A stretch of 64,000 bases of DNA, taken from Haliea sp. GTDB taxonomy: Bacteria > Pseudomonadota > Gammaproteobacteria > Pseudomonadales > Halieaceae. Where the stretch lies: NCBI GenBank assembly GCA_016704305.1, contig JADJAL010000031.1, forward strand, positions 148-64,147. Direction: 5' to 3'. The notes under the pieces were generated by a model, which had not been told where the DNA came from, ran no database searches, and saw only the letters and a list, made by a program, of their open reading frames with translations. A program made the translations under genes and the position numbers. Below, in pieces: positions 63,005-64,000 of this stretch (position 1 is the first letter of the stretch; every line of letters starts with the position of its first letter).

Positions 63005-63430
63005 ATGCGTGACTCCATCATTAACGGGCTGATGTTCAACATCACCTGGCTGGTTATCGTCACCTCCGAGTCTGCGGTGATCGCCCCGTGCGCGGCATTG
63101 CTGCATTTGCTGATCCACTTCGCCGTGATGGGAAAAGGCACTATCGAACTCAAGGTGGTTGTCCAGGTTGCGCTGATTGGCGTGGTGGTGGACCAGCTAC
63201 TTTTTTACTTCCAGGTGTTTACCGTGGACGGGAGCGCGGCGCTGCCACCGGTGTGGATGTTCTGCCTGTGGCCGGTGCTCGCAACCACGGTTATGCATGC
63301 ATTTTCTTCACTGCAGGGCCGCTACCTGCTCGCTGCCGTGCTGGGCGGTGTTGGCGGCGTCGCTTCGTTCGTTGCGGGAACGCGTATGACCGGTGTCGAG
63401 TTTGCCTCCGGACACAGTGCGCAATGGACA
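63005..63430 (+). CDS. DUF2878-family membrane protein; 3' end uncertain
   Basis: N.LMFN.TWL, G...DQLL....VF, P.W..CLW...ATT..HA, GG..S..AG. Confidence 0.75.
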
Positions 63431-63449
63431 TCGACGAGGAGGCCTCGGC

Positions 63450-63959
63450 AATCTGTGGGTATTTTTTGCTGCACTGCTGCTCACCGGCTGCCTTGGCATG
63501 CCGCCATCGGTGACGCCGGTGCAGGGGTTCGATGCCGATCGCTATCTGGGCAAATGGTACGAAATCGCGCGTCTTGATCACTCCTTCGAGGAGGGGCTGG
63601 ACCGCGTCACGGCCGAGTATGCATTGCGCGAGGACGGCGGAATAACGGTGATCAACCGGGGTTTCCTCACCAGTGACAACGAATGGCAGGAAGCACAGGG
63701 CAAGGCCTTTTTCGTCAATCGCAGCGACGAGGGGTATTTGAAAGTCAGCTTCTTTGGGCCGTTCTATGGCTCTTACATCGTCTTTGAACTGGATAAAGAG
63801 AACTACCAGTACGCGTTCGTGTCCGGGCCGGATACCTCGTATCTCTGGTTGCTTGCGAGAACACCAACGGTTGACCCGGCCCTGATTGAACGGTTTGTCG
63901 CCGAAGCATCAAGGCTCGGGTTTGATACCAGCAAGCTGATTTATCCAGCGCAGGAGTGA
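63450..63959 (+). CDS. blc: Outer-membrane lipocalin (Blc); start codon not resolved
   Basis: LLLTGC lipobox, FDADRYLGKWYEIARLDHSFE, LKVSFFGPFYGSY, YLWLLARTP. Confidence 0.88.
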   Translation, partial: NLWVFFAALLLTGCLGMPPSVTPVQGFDADRYLGKWYEIARLDHSFEEGLDRVTAEYALREDGGITVINRGFLTSDNEWQEAQGKAFFVNRSDEGYLKVSFFGPFYGSYIVFELDKENYQYAFVSGPDTSYLWLLARTPTVDPALIERFVAEASRLGFDTSKLIYPAQE

Positions 63960-64000
63960 TTCGCTAAACACGCCAAATCACTGGCCTAATTCAAAAACTC

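Overview
GC-rich gammaproteobacterial chromosome segment. Gene content and synteny suggest Halieaceae / OM60-NOR5, which is an inference. A Pseudomonas-like core backbone (ilvD, argA, argE-pit-DUF47-gspE, glnE-ilvE, rfb, tolC-yqiB-cpdA-parE, apt, rdgC-mnmH-selD, folE) is interleaved with accessory modules. About 15 genes, including essential parE, are broken by single-base indels, mostly in short homopolymers. These look like long-read consensus errors rather than pseudogenes. Top candidate system: a four-gene set at 23977-28861 (GT4, SAM methyltransferase, alpha/alpha-barrel hydrolase-like protein, second methyltransferase) resembling the mycobacterial methylmannose polysaccharide (MMP) cluster manT-meT3-mmpH-meT1, with an extra GT2 gene bracketed by related repeats. 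Second candidate: an actinobacterial-style operon at 55471-60360 (SnoaL/NTF2, Rv2951c-like LLM reductase, sulfotransferase, TIM-barrel isomerase, DUF1214). Also found: two LPS-kinase-like genes lacking catalytic Asp residues, an ECF11 (RpoE/ChrR)-type promoter before folE-DUF2878-blc, a Fur box before an unknown gene, a RES-Xre toxin-antitoxin pair with operator palindromes, and three REP-like hairpins. No rRNA, tRNA, CRISPR array or transposase was seen. Homolog assignments rest on motif recall and need database confirmation.
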